Assembly: GCA_963767735.1 (NCBI GenBank)
Contig: CAVYES010000010.1
Location: forward strand, 15,581-79,580
DNA from: Candidatus Bathyarchaeota archaeon
GTDB taxonomy: Archaea > Thermoproteota > Bathyarchaeia > Bathyarchaeales > Bathycorpusculaceae
Direction: 5' to 3'
DNA length: 64,000 nucleotides
The first letter of the stretch is position 1. Every line of letters begins with the position of its first letter. The notes beneath the pieces are model-generated. The model did no database searches. It saw only the letters and a program-made list of their open reading frames with translations, and was not told the origin of the DNA. Made by a program: the position numbers and the translations under genes. Shown one piece after another: positions 31,709-41,058 of this stretch.

Positions 31709-34554
31709 TTCGCTCTAACCATCCTCTCAAGTTTAGTTACGTACCGTCTCGCCATTACTAGTACAGCGCCAATTGTGGCGGCATATATCAAACCTACATA
31801 CCACGCTATGGTTTCTATAGCACTCTGGGTATAAACAAAATGCGGAAGAACAAGCTGCAGTACCCCAATGTTGGCTGAGTTTATAGTGCCGTAATCAATT
31901 ATCAATCCGACACCTAGTCCAAGTAAAACAGCGAAGGTTATCACAGCTAAGTTTTCCGCAAGAAACATCCATACCAACTGCCCATATGACAGGCCTCTAA
32001 CACTCATCAATGTGGCTTCACGGCTTCTTTCACTTAAGCTGACAACAGCTATTAGCACCATTCCAACTGAGGCAGAAAGCACCGCGAAAGCAATGCCTAA
32101 ACTTTGGAAATTAAGAACCTGCAACGTGTAAAAGGTACTCTGGTCATTTAAGTTCTGGCTTTGCTGCCATTGCTCAGCAAACGATGTTACCCCGTAAATT
32201 TCAAGGTTTAAACCACCGATTTCTTGGGCAACTGCTGTTCCGTTAACGCCTGGATCTAACTTTAGCAGTATGGTTGTGTCAAAGTTCTCATCTTTGAAAG
32301 CATCACTGGAGGGGCTACTCATGTTGAAGAGGTTTCTTGGCACATATGACCAGGTGGTCAAAGTGGTCGGGTATATTTGATATATTCCTGGGCCGGGTTC
32401 GCCTATGATTTGTCCTCCGCCTGATACGGTTTGAATTTCATTAGTTGGTATTTTTGGACCGAATAAGCCCACAATCGTAAGGGTTCTGGCGCCCGACGCG
32501 AAGTCAATTGCTATTGTATCGCCTACTGTAAGGTTGTATTCTTCAGCGACTCTTTGTTCAAGAATAATCGTCATGTTGTTGTTTTCCATTGCAGTGAAGG
32601 CCTGTTTCATGCTGGCGCCTGTGAACCAGTCGTTCTCGTAGTACGCTGTTTTAAGCCAGGAGGTCGGGTCAATTGTTCTGATTACAGTGTCCGCGTAAGA
32701 CTGCGTCAGCTGGCACTGCATAGTAGAACTTTGAATGCCTGAAACGTTCCCTAAAATATCCGCCAGTACTATAGAAGCTTGAGTGGCATTAACAACACCG
32801 ATAGATATGTCTGCGCCGACACTGGATTTAACCTGTCTAACTAAATAATCCTGTTGGCTTGCAATTTGTCCGTTCACTTGAACTCCGTAGCCGATGATGA
32901 ATGCAATGAGAAAAGCGATGGCGGCGATGCGTGCTGGGTTTCTCCTGACGTTTTTTGCTGCTAAAGAGCCGAAGTCACCCATAACTCTTGAAAGTTTAGT
33001 GATTGCTTGCTGAAATTTAAGAGAGTTTTGGATCAGCAGTTTTGTTACTCCCCAGAAGAACAGCACTGGTCCAACGTAGGTGAGCACTTCGTTTAAAAGA
33101 AATACTGGTCCATACAAAATTGAGACAAAATATCCACCTGAGTTTTGATTCGCGACCAACGCAGGCACATTTATTCCAAAGAATATAACTATGATTTGGT
33201 AGGTGCCAAGTATAGCTGCTACCCACGGCAGCCTTTTGCGGTATGGTTGGTCTGCATCCATCGGCATGTAGTCTCTTAATGCTTCTACCGTCGGCAGTTT
33301 TGAAGCCTTCCGCGCAGAGAAAAAGACGGATAGCAAAGCAAGAATCACAGCGAAAACAACAGTGAAAACCATAGTGTAAGGACTAAAGGTTTGCGGATTA
33401 AACAAAGTTTTCAGATTAAAGCCGCCGGTAAATACCTGATTTAAGGCTAAACCGCCAACTACTCCAGCTAATCCGCCAAAGATACCAATTGTTAAGGATT
33501 CTCCAAGGAACATTCTTTGTATTTGTCCGCTTGAGAGGCCTTTTGTTGATAGTAAACCGATCTCGCGTCTTCTCATGTTAAAGGAGACATCGGATAAGGT
33601 GGAACCAAGATACCATGATACGAAGAAAATAGGAATTGAAAACAGAATAAATTGAGTTAAAGTTCCTTGGAAGTTCGAATTAAAGTCTGATAATTCAAAG
33701 TCAAGGTTATTTGCAACATAGCTGTCTGTTTGGTAGTTAGAGAGAAGTTTATTTTGTATATCGCTTGCCACAGTGTTGACGTTTGAAATTGAGGCTGGAA
33801 TATTCCATGGACTTACAAGTTTATTTGTGTCAACAGTTATCAGAAAAGTTGTGTCGACCGTTCTATTTGCCATACCCGCCCAGTATTGACTAAGCGTGCT
33901 GTTCCAACCTATTATGAGCAAATCGGATGGGTACTGGTAAATTTGACTTGAGCTTGTAGGCGAGTTTGGGGAAGTTAAGAAGCTGTTGCCCGAAATGAGT
34001 TGGTAGCCAGTGTTAGTAAGGGATGCAAAACCAGCCACTGTTAAATTCATATAAATGGTGGTCCAGTTATCCTGTTTTGGGGTGGGAAACATCATTTCTG
34101 TTGTAATGTTATCTCCAACTTTAACCTGTGCGGCAAGGGTCGTTCCTGCAAGCACATAGGTTTGGTTTTCGCCGATATAAGCTGGCTTGTTTGTCCAGTC
34201 ATCGTAAAGCGACGACGATTCAGGGAAACAAGCTATCTCTGGAAAGGCAGTGTAGTTATTTGTTAAGTCTTTAGCTGGTTCATCAAATCTATAGAGGACG
34301 TCCACGTTTTTAACGCCGTTAATGCTTAAAATGTTATTTTGTGTCTGGTTAACTTCAGTTAAATTTAGGTTTATGTTAAACTGCAAGTCAGGGTTAATAT
34401 TTTTGAGCTGCTGGGTAAGCGACTGTTGAGCAGCCAAATTGGCTTTGACGTCTATGCATGCAAAGAATGTGGCGGCTAATGCTATGCCGATTAAGAGTGC
34501 AGTGAAGAGTTTCCAGTTGCGGAAAACCCGTTTAATCGGATACATGAACGGCAT
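31705..34554 (-). CDS. FtsX-like ABC permease (duplicated)
   Basis: RRREIGLLSTKG and ERSREATLMSVRG FtsX motifs with large extracytoplasmic loops. Confidence 0.88.
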   Translation of the reverse strand: MPFMYPIKRVFRNWKLFTALLIGIALAATFFACIDVKANLAAQQSLTQQLKNINPDLQFNINLNLTEVNQTQNNILSINGVKNVDVLYRFDEPAKDLTNNYTAFPEIACFPESSSLYDDWTNKPAYIGENQTYVLAGTTLAAQVKVGDNITTEMMFPTPKQDNWTTIYMNLTVAGFASLTNTGYQLISGNSFLTSPNSPTSSSQIYQYPSDLLIIGWNSTLSQYWAGMANRTVDTTFLITVDTNKLVSPWNIPASISNVNTVASDIQNKLLSNYQTDSYVANNLDFELSDFNSNFQGTLTQFILFSIPIFFVSWYLGSTLSDVSFNMRRREIGLLSTKGLSSGQIQRMFLGESLTIGIFGGLAGVVGGLALNQVFTGGFNLKTLFNPQTFSPYTMVFTVVFAVILALLSVFFSARKASKLPTVEALRDYMPMDADQPYRKRLPWVAAILGTYQIIVIFFGINVPALVANQNSGGYFVSILYGPVFLLNEVLTYVGPVLFFWGVTKLLIQNSLKFQQAITKLSRVMGDFGSLAAKNVRRNPARIAAIAFLIAFIIGYGVQVNGQIASQQDYLVRQVKSSVGADISIGVVNATQASIVLADILGNVSGIQSSTMQCQLTQSYADTVIRTIDPTSWLKTAYYENDWFTGASMKQAFTAMENNNMTIILEQRVAEEYNLTVGDTIAIDFASGARTLTIVGLFGPKIPTNEIQTVSGGGQIIGEPGPGIYQIYPTTLTTWSYVPRNLFNMSSPSSDAFKDENFDTTILLKLDPGVNGTAVAQEIGGLNLEIYGVTSFAEQWQQSQNLNDQSTFYTLQVLNFQSLGIAFAVLSASVGMVLIAVVSLSERSREATLMSVRGLSYGQLVWMFLAENLAVITFAVLLGLGVGLIIDYGTINSANIGVLQLVLPHFVYTQSAIETIAWYVGLIYAATIGAVLVMARRYVTKLERMVRAK

Positions 34555-34702
34555 AGGTATCGATTCAACTTTGTTTTGAACTATTATTAAATCTACTCAT
34601 TAGAACACATAACATGCTATGCCTTAATAGCTTGAAATAGGGGCCTTCAAAGAAAATCGGTGCTAAAAAGAATTAAATTATAGTCCCCTTCTGTATTAAT
34701 GC

Positions 34703-36091
34703 ATGAATTCTTCTATAGGCTTCTTGAAAGAGGAAAACATGAGTCTATTCACCGATTTTTACGAGTTAACCATGTGCGCAAGCTACTTTGATAACAAAAA
34801 CTTTGAGCCTGCCACTTTCGACCTTTTCATTAGGCGTTTGCCCGAAAATCGCTCCTACTTCTTATTCACAGGATTAGAACAAGCCCTGCAGTACCTGCAA
34901 AGAATCAAATTCACCGAAGAGCATCTTGCTTACCTAAAAAAACAGGGGTTTAAAGAGGATTTTCTTGATTATTTTCGCGGTTTCAAGTTTACAGGTGATG
35001 TTTGGGCTGTTCCAGAGGGTACTGTAGCTTTTCCAAATGAACCCTTAATTCGCGTTACAGCCCCGATAATTGAGGCTCAGCTAGTTGAGACTTTTCTGCT
35101 TAACAGCGTCAACCTGCAAACCATGATTGCAACAAAAGCGTCTCGGGTAGTTCACGCTGCCAAGGGGAAATCGGTTATTGAGTTTGGCTTGCGTAGAGAA
35201 CCCGGGATAGACGCTGGAATGAAGGTGGCACGAAGCAGCTACATAGCTGGTTGCCAAGGCACCAGTAACGTTTTAGCAGGACAAGCCTATGGCATTCCGG
35301 TTTTCGGAACCATGGCGCACTCGTTTATCATGTCTTACCCTAAAGAGATTGATGCGTTTCGAGCTTTCGCCAAAACTTTCCCAAACAAGTCCACGCTTCT
35401 CATTGACACTTACAATGAGATTTCAGGCGCTGAAAAAGCCGCTGTTGTTGCTAAAGAGCTTGAGGCTAAGGGTTTTAGGCTTGGTGGTGTCCGCTTGGAC
35501 AGTGGCGATTTGGCGCAAACCAGCAAAAAAGTAAGAAAAATCCTTGACGGCCAAGGCTTGGATTATGTGAAGATTTTTGCCAGCGGTGACTTGGATGAAT
35601 TCAAGATAGAAGAGCTACTGGGCAAAGGCGCTAAAATAGACTCGTTTGGCGTCGGAACTAAAATGGGCACCTCAGCGGATAGGCCGTATTTGGATGTGAT
35701 TTACAAACTCTGCGAAACCATGATGGCTGACGGCAGCTTCTCGCCTATAATGAAGTTAAGCAAAGACAAAATCACTTTGCCAGGTCGCAAACAAGTTTAC
35801 CGCTTCAGAGACGCTGTAGGGAATTTTGAAAAAGACATCATTGCCTTGTCTGATGAGAAGGTGCAGGGCGAGCCATTGCTTGTTAAAGTTATGGAGAAGG
35901 GCAAATTAATCTACAAGCTTCCTCCGCTAAGTATCATCAGGGCAACCGCCGAAGAAAATCTGGCTAAACTTCCAGAGGAGTATAAAGCGTTGACGGGCGC
36001 GCCCGTTTATCCAGTTGAGTTAAGCAGAAACTTGCTGAACCTGGTTAAAACCTTAAAGCGCCAGTTAACCTTGACCGAGATTAACCATTAA
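34703..36091 (+). CDS. pncB: nicotinate phosphoribosyltransferase
   Basis: LFTDFYELTM, EFGLRR, GTMAHS, LIDTY, VRLDSGD. Confidence 0.93.
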   Translation: MNSSIGFLKEENMSLFTDFYELTMCASYFDNKNFEPATFDLFIRRLPENRSYFLFTGLEQALQYLQRIKFTEEHLAYLKKQGFKEDFLDYFRGFKFTGDVWAVPEGTVAFPNEPLIRVTAPIIEAQLVETFLLNSVNLQTMIATKASRVVHAAKGKSVIEFGLRREPGIDAGMKVARSSYIAGCQGTSNVLAGQAYGIPVFGTMAHSFIMSYPKEIDAFRAFAKTFPNKSTLLIDTYNEISGAEKAAVVAKELEAKGFRLGGVRLDSGDLAQTSKKVRKILDGQGLDYVKIFASGDLDEFKIEELLGKGAKIDSFGVGTKMGTSADRPYLDVIYKLCETMMADGSFSPIMKLSKDKITLPGRKQVYRFRDAVGNFEKDIIALSDEKVQGEPLLVKVMEKGKLIYKLPPLSIIRATAEENLAKLPEEYKALTGAPVYPVELSRNLLNLVKTLKRQLTLTEINH

Positions 36092-36412
36092 GTTTCTGAG
36101 CGCAGGATTAAGCTTTCTTATTCTTCTTTTTGGTTCTCTTGTTATGTTCGCCGCAGTAACTGTTTCCGCCATGTCAGCATTGCGGTGTAACTTTATCGTA
36201 TTCCTTCAAGTACTCGCACTTGTAAAAAACAGCGTTAATTCTGTCTTTGAGGTCTTTATATTGTGCTTTTGCTCTCTCGAAATAAACGCCTCATGCCATT
36301 ATGAATTCAATGTGTATATTAGGTTAATCCTTTATTTCGTGTAGAATATGGCAAACCTTAATAGTCGTTTCAGAAAAGGATAATTGCTATTCAAAAAAGG
36401 AAGAACATAAAT

Positions 36413-37618
36413 ATGCAAAATCGCCCAGCCATAGTTGCTGTTGGCAGAACCAAGTTTGGGGAACATTACGGCAAAGAACCAGAAAAACTAATTGAAGAAG
36501 CTTGGCTTGCTGCTTCAAACGAATGCAACATAGAGCGCAAGGACCTAGAAGCCTGTTACATGTCAGATTGTTTTCTGCCAATCACAAACAAACTAGGCTT
36601 AGAAGAAGGCTTTCTCTCAGAACTCACAGAACTTCATGTGCCTATGGAGGTAACCCGCTCTTTCAGCGCTGCATTGTTAACCGCTTGCCACGCAATTCAA
36701 GCTGGAGTTTACAACACGGTTCTTGTCGGCGGCATAGAAAAAATGACTGACCGCTGGGACAAAATACGCGATGATCTCATGCTTTTGGAAGACCCATGGA
36801 GTTATTATGCAGGCGGCACTCCGGAAGCAAATCATGAGCTTATGCTTAGAGCGTACATAAAAAAGCACAATATATCTGGAGAAAACCTTGACAAACTAAA
36901 CCTGGCTCTAGCTCAGGTGTCAGTTAAAAACCATGCGAACGCGACCAAAAACAAGTATGCGCAGTTCCAAAGAAAAATCACTGTTGACCAAGTCTTGAAC
37001 GCGAGGAAAGAAGCGCATAAATCTTTGGGGCTGTACGATTTTGCCCCAATTTCTGACGGCGCATCAGCCTTGATTCTTACAAGCGAGACAGTTGCCAAAA
37101 AGTTGAATCCTAATCCAGTTTACGTTTTAGGCTGCACGTCAGCTACTGATTACCTGAATTATTCAGCAAGAGAAGACCTGTCCCATTTTGTGGCTGCTGA
37201 AATAGCCATGAAGAATGCTTCTCGTATGGCTAAAACAGATTTGCTTGACATGCAGGTTATCGAAGTTAATGACCAGTCAACCGTGATGGAGCTTGTTTCC
37301 CTTGAAGATTTAGGCTTTTGCGAAAAAGGGACCGCTTGGAGAAGCATATATGAAAGCTGCCAAAACAACAAAAACTTTTACGAAATAAACGGCAGGCAAC
37401 TTTTCGTTAACACGGACGGGGGGTTAAAGGCGGATGGAAACCCGTTAGGCGCTACTGGCGGGGCACAGATTTTTGAGATTTACCGGCAGTTGAAAGGTGA
37501 GGCTGGCGAACGTCAAGTTAACATTGGTAATGGTTCACCTAAGCGTGGTTGTGTGCTAGAGTTTGAGGGCTTTGGAACTAAAGCTTACGTTACTATTTTA
37601 GGAGAGAGGAAAGATTGA
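36413..37618 (+). CDS. SCP2-type thiolase homologue lacking canonical catalytic residues
   Basis: Thiolase fold motifs (GRTKFG, GGIEKM, KNH..A..N..AQF, PISDGA, GGLKA..PLGATG), but Cys loop absent, HDxF->NDQS and GHP->GNP. Confidence 0.85.
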   Translation: MQNRPAIVAVGRTKFGEHYGKEPEKLIEEAWLAASNECNIERKDLEACYMSDCFLPITNKLGLEEGFLSELTELHVPMEVTRSFSAALLTACHAIQAGVYNTVLVGGIEKMTDRWDKIRDDLMLLEDPWSYYAGGTPEANHELMLRAYIKKHNISGENLDKLNLALAQVSVKNHANATKNKYAQFQRKITVDQVLNARKEAHKSLGLYDFAPISDGASALILTSETVAKKLNPNPVYVLGCTSATDYLNYSAREDLSHFVAAEIAMKNASRMAKTDLLDMQVIEVNDQSTVMELVSLEDLGFCEKGTAWRSIYESCQNNKNFYEINGRQLFVNTDGGLKADGNPLGATGGAQIFEIYRQLKGEAGERQVNIGNGSPKRGCVLEFEGFGTKAYVTILGERKD

Positions 37619-39123
37619 GCAGTGAACCGATCGAGCGACGGGTTTCTTATTTAGGTGACAGGTTACGAGCAAGCCGCTGTCAAAGTTGCGGCAAAGAATA
37701 TTTTGAAGTGAGAGATTACTGCAGCAACTGCGGCAGAAAAAGCTATCGAAAAATGGATAATATAGACTTGTTTTATGATAAAGGCAAACTTGAATTATGC
37801 ACCTTCATTAATGAACCAACTAACAAGTTCACGAAACTCTCCAGCTTCGTTTACGGAATTGTTTCTTTTCATAACGGTAAAATTCGTGTTCCAGGAAGGC
37901 TAACTGACCAGCTGATAGCTGATGGTGACGATGTTGATTTTTCAAGCCTTGAAGGAAGAGAAGTGGTTCCGCGTTTTAGAAGGCGCTATTCAGTCGACAA
38001 AAGCGATTTGATTCCCACAATCTCTTTAGCTTTCACGTTAGCCGACGAGTACTATCCGCACCAAGAGTACAGCGTGCTTGCGTCAAGTAAAGAATACGAC
38101 ATCCCCGGCGTAGTAGGTTACGGCGTTTACACTTCAAGATTTCGAATAAAAGAAAGCGGACTCGAACGCGCAGTTCCCTTTATCGATGAAGACTCAGCAA
38201 CAGCCGCTGTAGAGGCTGGAAAACTAGCCCTGATTCATTCAGGTGTTGACAGCAAACTGGTTGGCAAAGTTTATGTTGGCTCAGAATCCAACCCTTATGC
38301 AGTTAAGCCTATCGCTTCAAAGGTTGCTCAAGTTCTCAAGCTTGGCGAAGAAGACGGCGACATTCAAGGCGTTGACGCAGTGGATACGGAGTTTGCTTGC
38401 AAAGCGGCAGCAAGCATGTTTAAAGACGCAGCAGCGCTCGTAAGCTACCCACGTTCAGGCATAAAATACGCTATGGTTATTGGTGCCGATAACGCTCAAG
38501 CAGCACCCAGAGGCTGCGCCGGCGGCGAACTGGACGCGTTTGTTGGATACGGCGGTGCCGCGTTTATTTTCGGAAAACATGATGTTATCGCTGAAGTTGA
38601 AGGTTGGTACTCATGTACGTCTGATACACCCGATTTTTGGCGCAGAGACGGTGAACCTTACCCGATGCATGGCGGGCGATTCACGGGTGACCCAGCTTAC
38701 TTCAAGCATGTCCGCAAATCAACATGTAAACTTATGGAACGTTTGAACCTGAAGGCGAGTGATTTGAACTATTTTGTGGCGCATCAGCCCAATCCCACCT
38801 TCCCAGTCAGAATCGCAAAGGAGCTTGGTTTTAGAGAAGAGCAGTATTTGCCTTCACTTCAAATCAACAAGTTCGGCAACACCTATTCTGGTTGCTCGCC
38901 CTTGGGTTTAGCTGCAGTATTAGACATTGCAAAGCCTGAAGAGCGCATCTTAGTTGCAAGTTACGGTTCAGGCGCCGGAAGCGACGCGTATTTGCTTAGA
39001 ACCACCAGCCAACTTTTAGATAAGCGAAACCGTCAAAAAGTTAATGTTAAATTCCAAGCTGAAAACCCGTTTATAGAGTATGTGGATTATACGACTTATC
39101 GCCGACTTAAACTTGGAATGTAA
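37615..39123 (+). CDS. DUF35 (Zn-ribbon/OB)-hydroxymethylglutaryl-CoA synthase fusion
   Basis: N-terminal CQSC...CSNC plus OB region; HMGCS motifs GSES, EFACKA, HQPN, GNTYSG, SYGSGAGSD. Confidence 0.88.
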   Translation: MSSEPIERRVSYLGDRLRASRCQSCGKEYFEVRDYCSNCGRKSYRKMDNIDLFYDKGKLELCTFINEPTNKFTKLSSFVYGIVSFHNGKIRVPGRLTDQLIADGDDVDFSSLEGREVVPRFRRRYSVDKSDLIPTISLAFTLADEYYPHQEYSVLASSKEYDIPGVVGYGVYTSRFRIKESGLERAVPFIDEDSATAAVEAGKLALIHSGVDSKLVGKVYVGSESNPYAVKPIASKVAQVLKLGEEDGDIQGVDAVDTEFACKAAASMFKDAAALVSYPRSGIKYAMVIGADNAQAAPRGCAGGELDAFVGYGGAAFIFGKHDVIAEVEGWYSCTSDTPDFWRRDGEPYPMHGGRFTGDPAYFKHVRKSTCKLMERLNLKASDLNYFVAHQPNPTFPVRIAKELGFREEQYLPSLQINKFGNTYSGCSPLGLAAVLDIAKPEERILVASYGSGAGSDAYLLRTTSQLLDKRNRQKVNVKFQAENPFIEYVDYTTYRRLKLGM

Positions 39124-39179
39124 CGAATACATACTTTAATAAATCACGTGTGAATCTCAAGTACCGACGGAGCCTGCAG

Positions 39180-40442
39180 ATGATTCTAGACGACATTGCA
39201 AAAGTTGTTTATGCGCCAGTGAAAGCGTTCAAGAAAATAATTGAGAACCCAAAATATTTGGGCGCAATATTAATTCTGGTTATTTTCATAGGCGTGCAAA
39301 TAGGCTACGAGTATGTGCAGTTTTCGAAAACATACACTGAGAACACGTCGCCCACCGTTGACAATTTACAAACGTTTATCAACTCAACTTCTTGGCAAAG
39401 CATCTCAAAGGTCGCCATAAGCAACAATTACAACGACTTCTTTAATTACAGCGTTTACATAGCAGCGCTTGGCACCAACTATGGTATATTTGGAAACAGC
39501 AGTCTAGAAATGGATGCTGCAAACACAAACAATATAACGGCAGCTTTAAGCGGCGTTTTCGATGTAAACTGCCTCGCCCCCTCAGGTTTCCAGAATCTTT
39601 CAATGACCATAAAACAGGCAACGCCCGCGGTAGCGCCTCAAAGTGCAACTTTAACGTTGTACTCAGGTACCGACTCAAACTCTTACCAATACAGCTTAAC
39701 TTCTGCCTTATCTAACACGGCAGATATTGGTGTTTGGAACAATTTAACCATCTCCGTTGGGCAAAATGCTCAAGGGTGGACAAGCAGCGGTTCACCTTCA
39801 TGGGGCAACGTGACAGCTCTACAATTAAGCCTCAACTACCCTTCCAATTCTAACATAACTGTTCGGATCGGCGCCTTATTCTTCCGAGGGCAATATGAAA
39901 CGCCTATCCAATACAATAACACGGGGCTGATTCTGCAGTTTTTGCAGGCGTACTCTCTGCAGTTCATTTTAGGTTGGCTTCTAATAACAGGATTGATGTA
40001 CCTGTTTTTTAAAGGATTAAAAAGCAGTGTACTTTGGAAACCTATGTTTATCGCTGTGAGTTTCGGCATGTTCGTTTTGGTTATTCGAGCATTAGTAAAT
40101 CTTGTTGCAGCAGCTACTTTGCCCACGCTTTACTATCCCTTTGACATATCGCTGGGTGTGCGTTTTGACGCTTATGGAGCAATATTTTACCCTCCAGGGT
40201 CAGTAGGCACCTTGTCAGCGCAGTCTCAAGCTATTTTCAACAGCATTAACTCTGCGACTGCCAACTTCAGATTTGTAACTTCAGCAATGTTCGTCGTCGG
40301 ATACATTTGGTTAGGCGCCCTGTGCACGATAATCGTGGGGACACTCAAACCAGAGTTTTCAATGATGAAAAGGGTACTTATTTCTGCTGTCAGCATTGCA
40401 GTCACGATCCTGCTCTTGCTTTTGCTGGTAGGCATCGTCTAA
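39180..40442 (+). CDS. Yip1-like membrane protein with large extracellular insert
   Basis: VVYAPVKAFKKI Yip1-type start, TM helices flanking an N/S/T-rich domain. Confidence 0.55.
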   Translation: MILDDIAKVVYAPVKAFKKIIENPKYLGAILILVIFIGVQIGYEYVQFSKTYTENTSPTVDNLQTFINSTSWQSISKVAISNNYNDFFNYSVYIAALGTNYGIFGNSSLEMDAANTNNITAALSGVFDVNCLAPSGFQNLSMTIKQATPAVAPQSATLTLYSGTDSNSYQYSLTSALSNTADIGVWNNLTISVGQNAQGWTSSGSPSWGNVTALQLSLNYPSNSNITVRIGALFFRGQYETPIQYNNTGLILQFLQAYSLQFILGWLLITGLMYLFFKGLKSSVLWKPMFIAVSFGMFVLVIRALVNLVAAATLPTLYYPFDISLGVRFDAYGAIFYPPGSVGTLSAQSQAIFNSINSATANFRFVTSAMFVVGYIWLGALCTIIVGTLKPEFSMMKRVLISAVSIAVTILLLLLLVGIV

Positions 40443-40592
40443 ACCACTAATCTAAAACATCTAAACCTCACCTTTCCCGATTTTTTGCTTTCCAATCTTA
40501 TCCTGGCGCAGTTAGGCAAGATTTATATGATTGAAGTTCACTTTTGCAAGTGAAAACCCTCAGCAGGGAATTTACAGTTTGGGTGACTTAAT

Positions 40593-40886
40593 GTGACGGC
40601 AATTAAAGATTTACAGAACGGAATGAAACGGGTTAGCGTTGAAGCGAAAGTTGTAGAAAAAGGCGACCCCAGAGAAGTCAAATCACGGTTCAAAGATGAA
40701 ACATACAGAATTGTTGACGCAGTTGTTGCAGACGAAAGCGGCAGTGTAAAGCTGACGTTGTGGAATGAGCAGATTGACCAAGTGAACGTTGGCGATAACA
40801 TTAAAATCGAAAACGGATACGTTACCAGCTTCAAAAGCGAAATTCAACTCAACGTCGGGAAATTCGGAAAATTAACCGTCGGGTAA
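40593..40886 (+). CDS. single-OB-fold ssDNA-binding protein (crenarchaeal SSB/RPA-like)
   Basis: IKDL...V.DESGSVKLTLWN...GDNIKIENGY...LNVGKFG. Confidence 0.85.
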   Translation: MTAIKDLQNGMKRVSVEAKVVEKGDPREVKSRFKDETYRIVDAVVADESGSVKLTLWNEQIDQVNVGDNIKIENGYVTSFKSEIQLNVGKFGKLTVG

Positions 40887-41058
40887 ACGTTAAATTAAGC
40901 ATACATCTTTTTCTTTTCTATAAGTTTTTTTTGTGTTTTCAAATGTTTGAAAACCACTAAGCTGTTTTGAAAGTAAAAACTGTTTTTCATTAGTCAAGAA
41001 TTCTTGTGGCAATAAATCTTGACAAAAACTCTCTTAAGAGCTGGCAAGGTATGGCTAG

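Noticed and set aside
36108-36297. Small minus-strand Cys-rich frame with in-frame TGA (PQC*HGGNSYCG) as a selenoprotein
   Set aside because: The frame has another stop/frameshift upstream, no clean start and no recognisable SECIS; more likely a decayed small gene.
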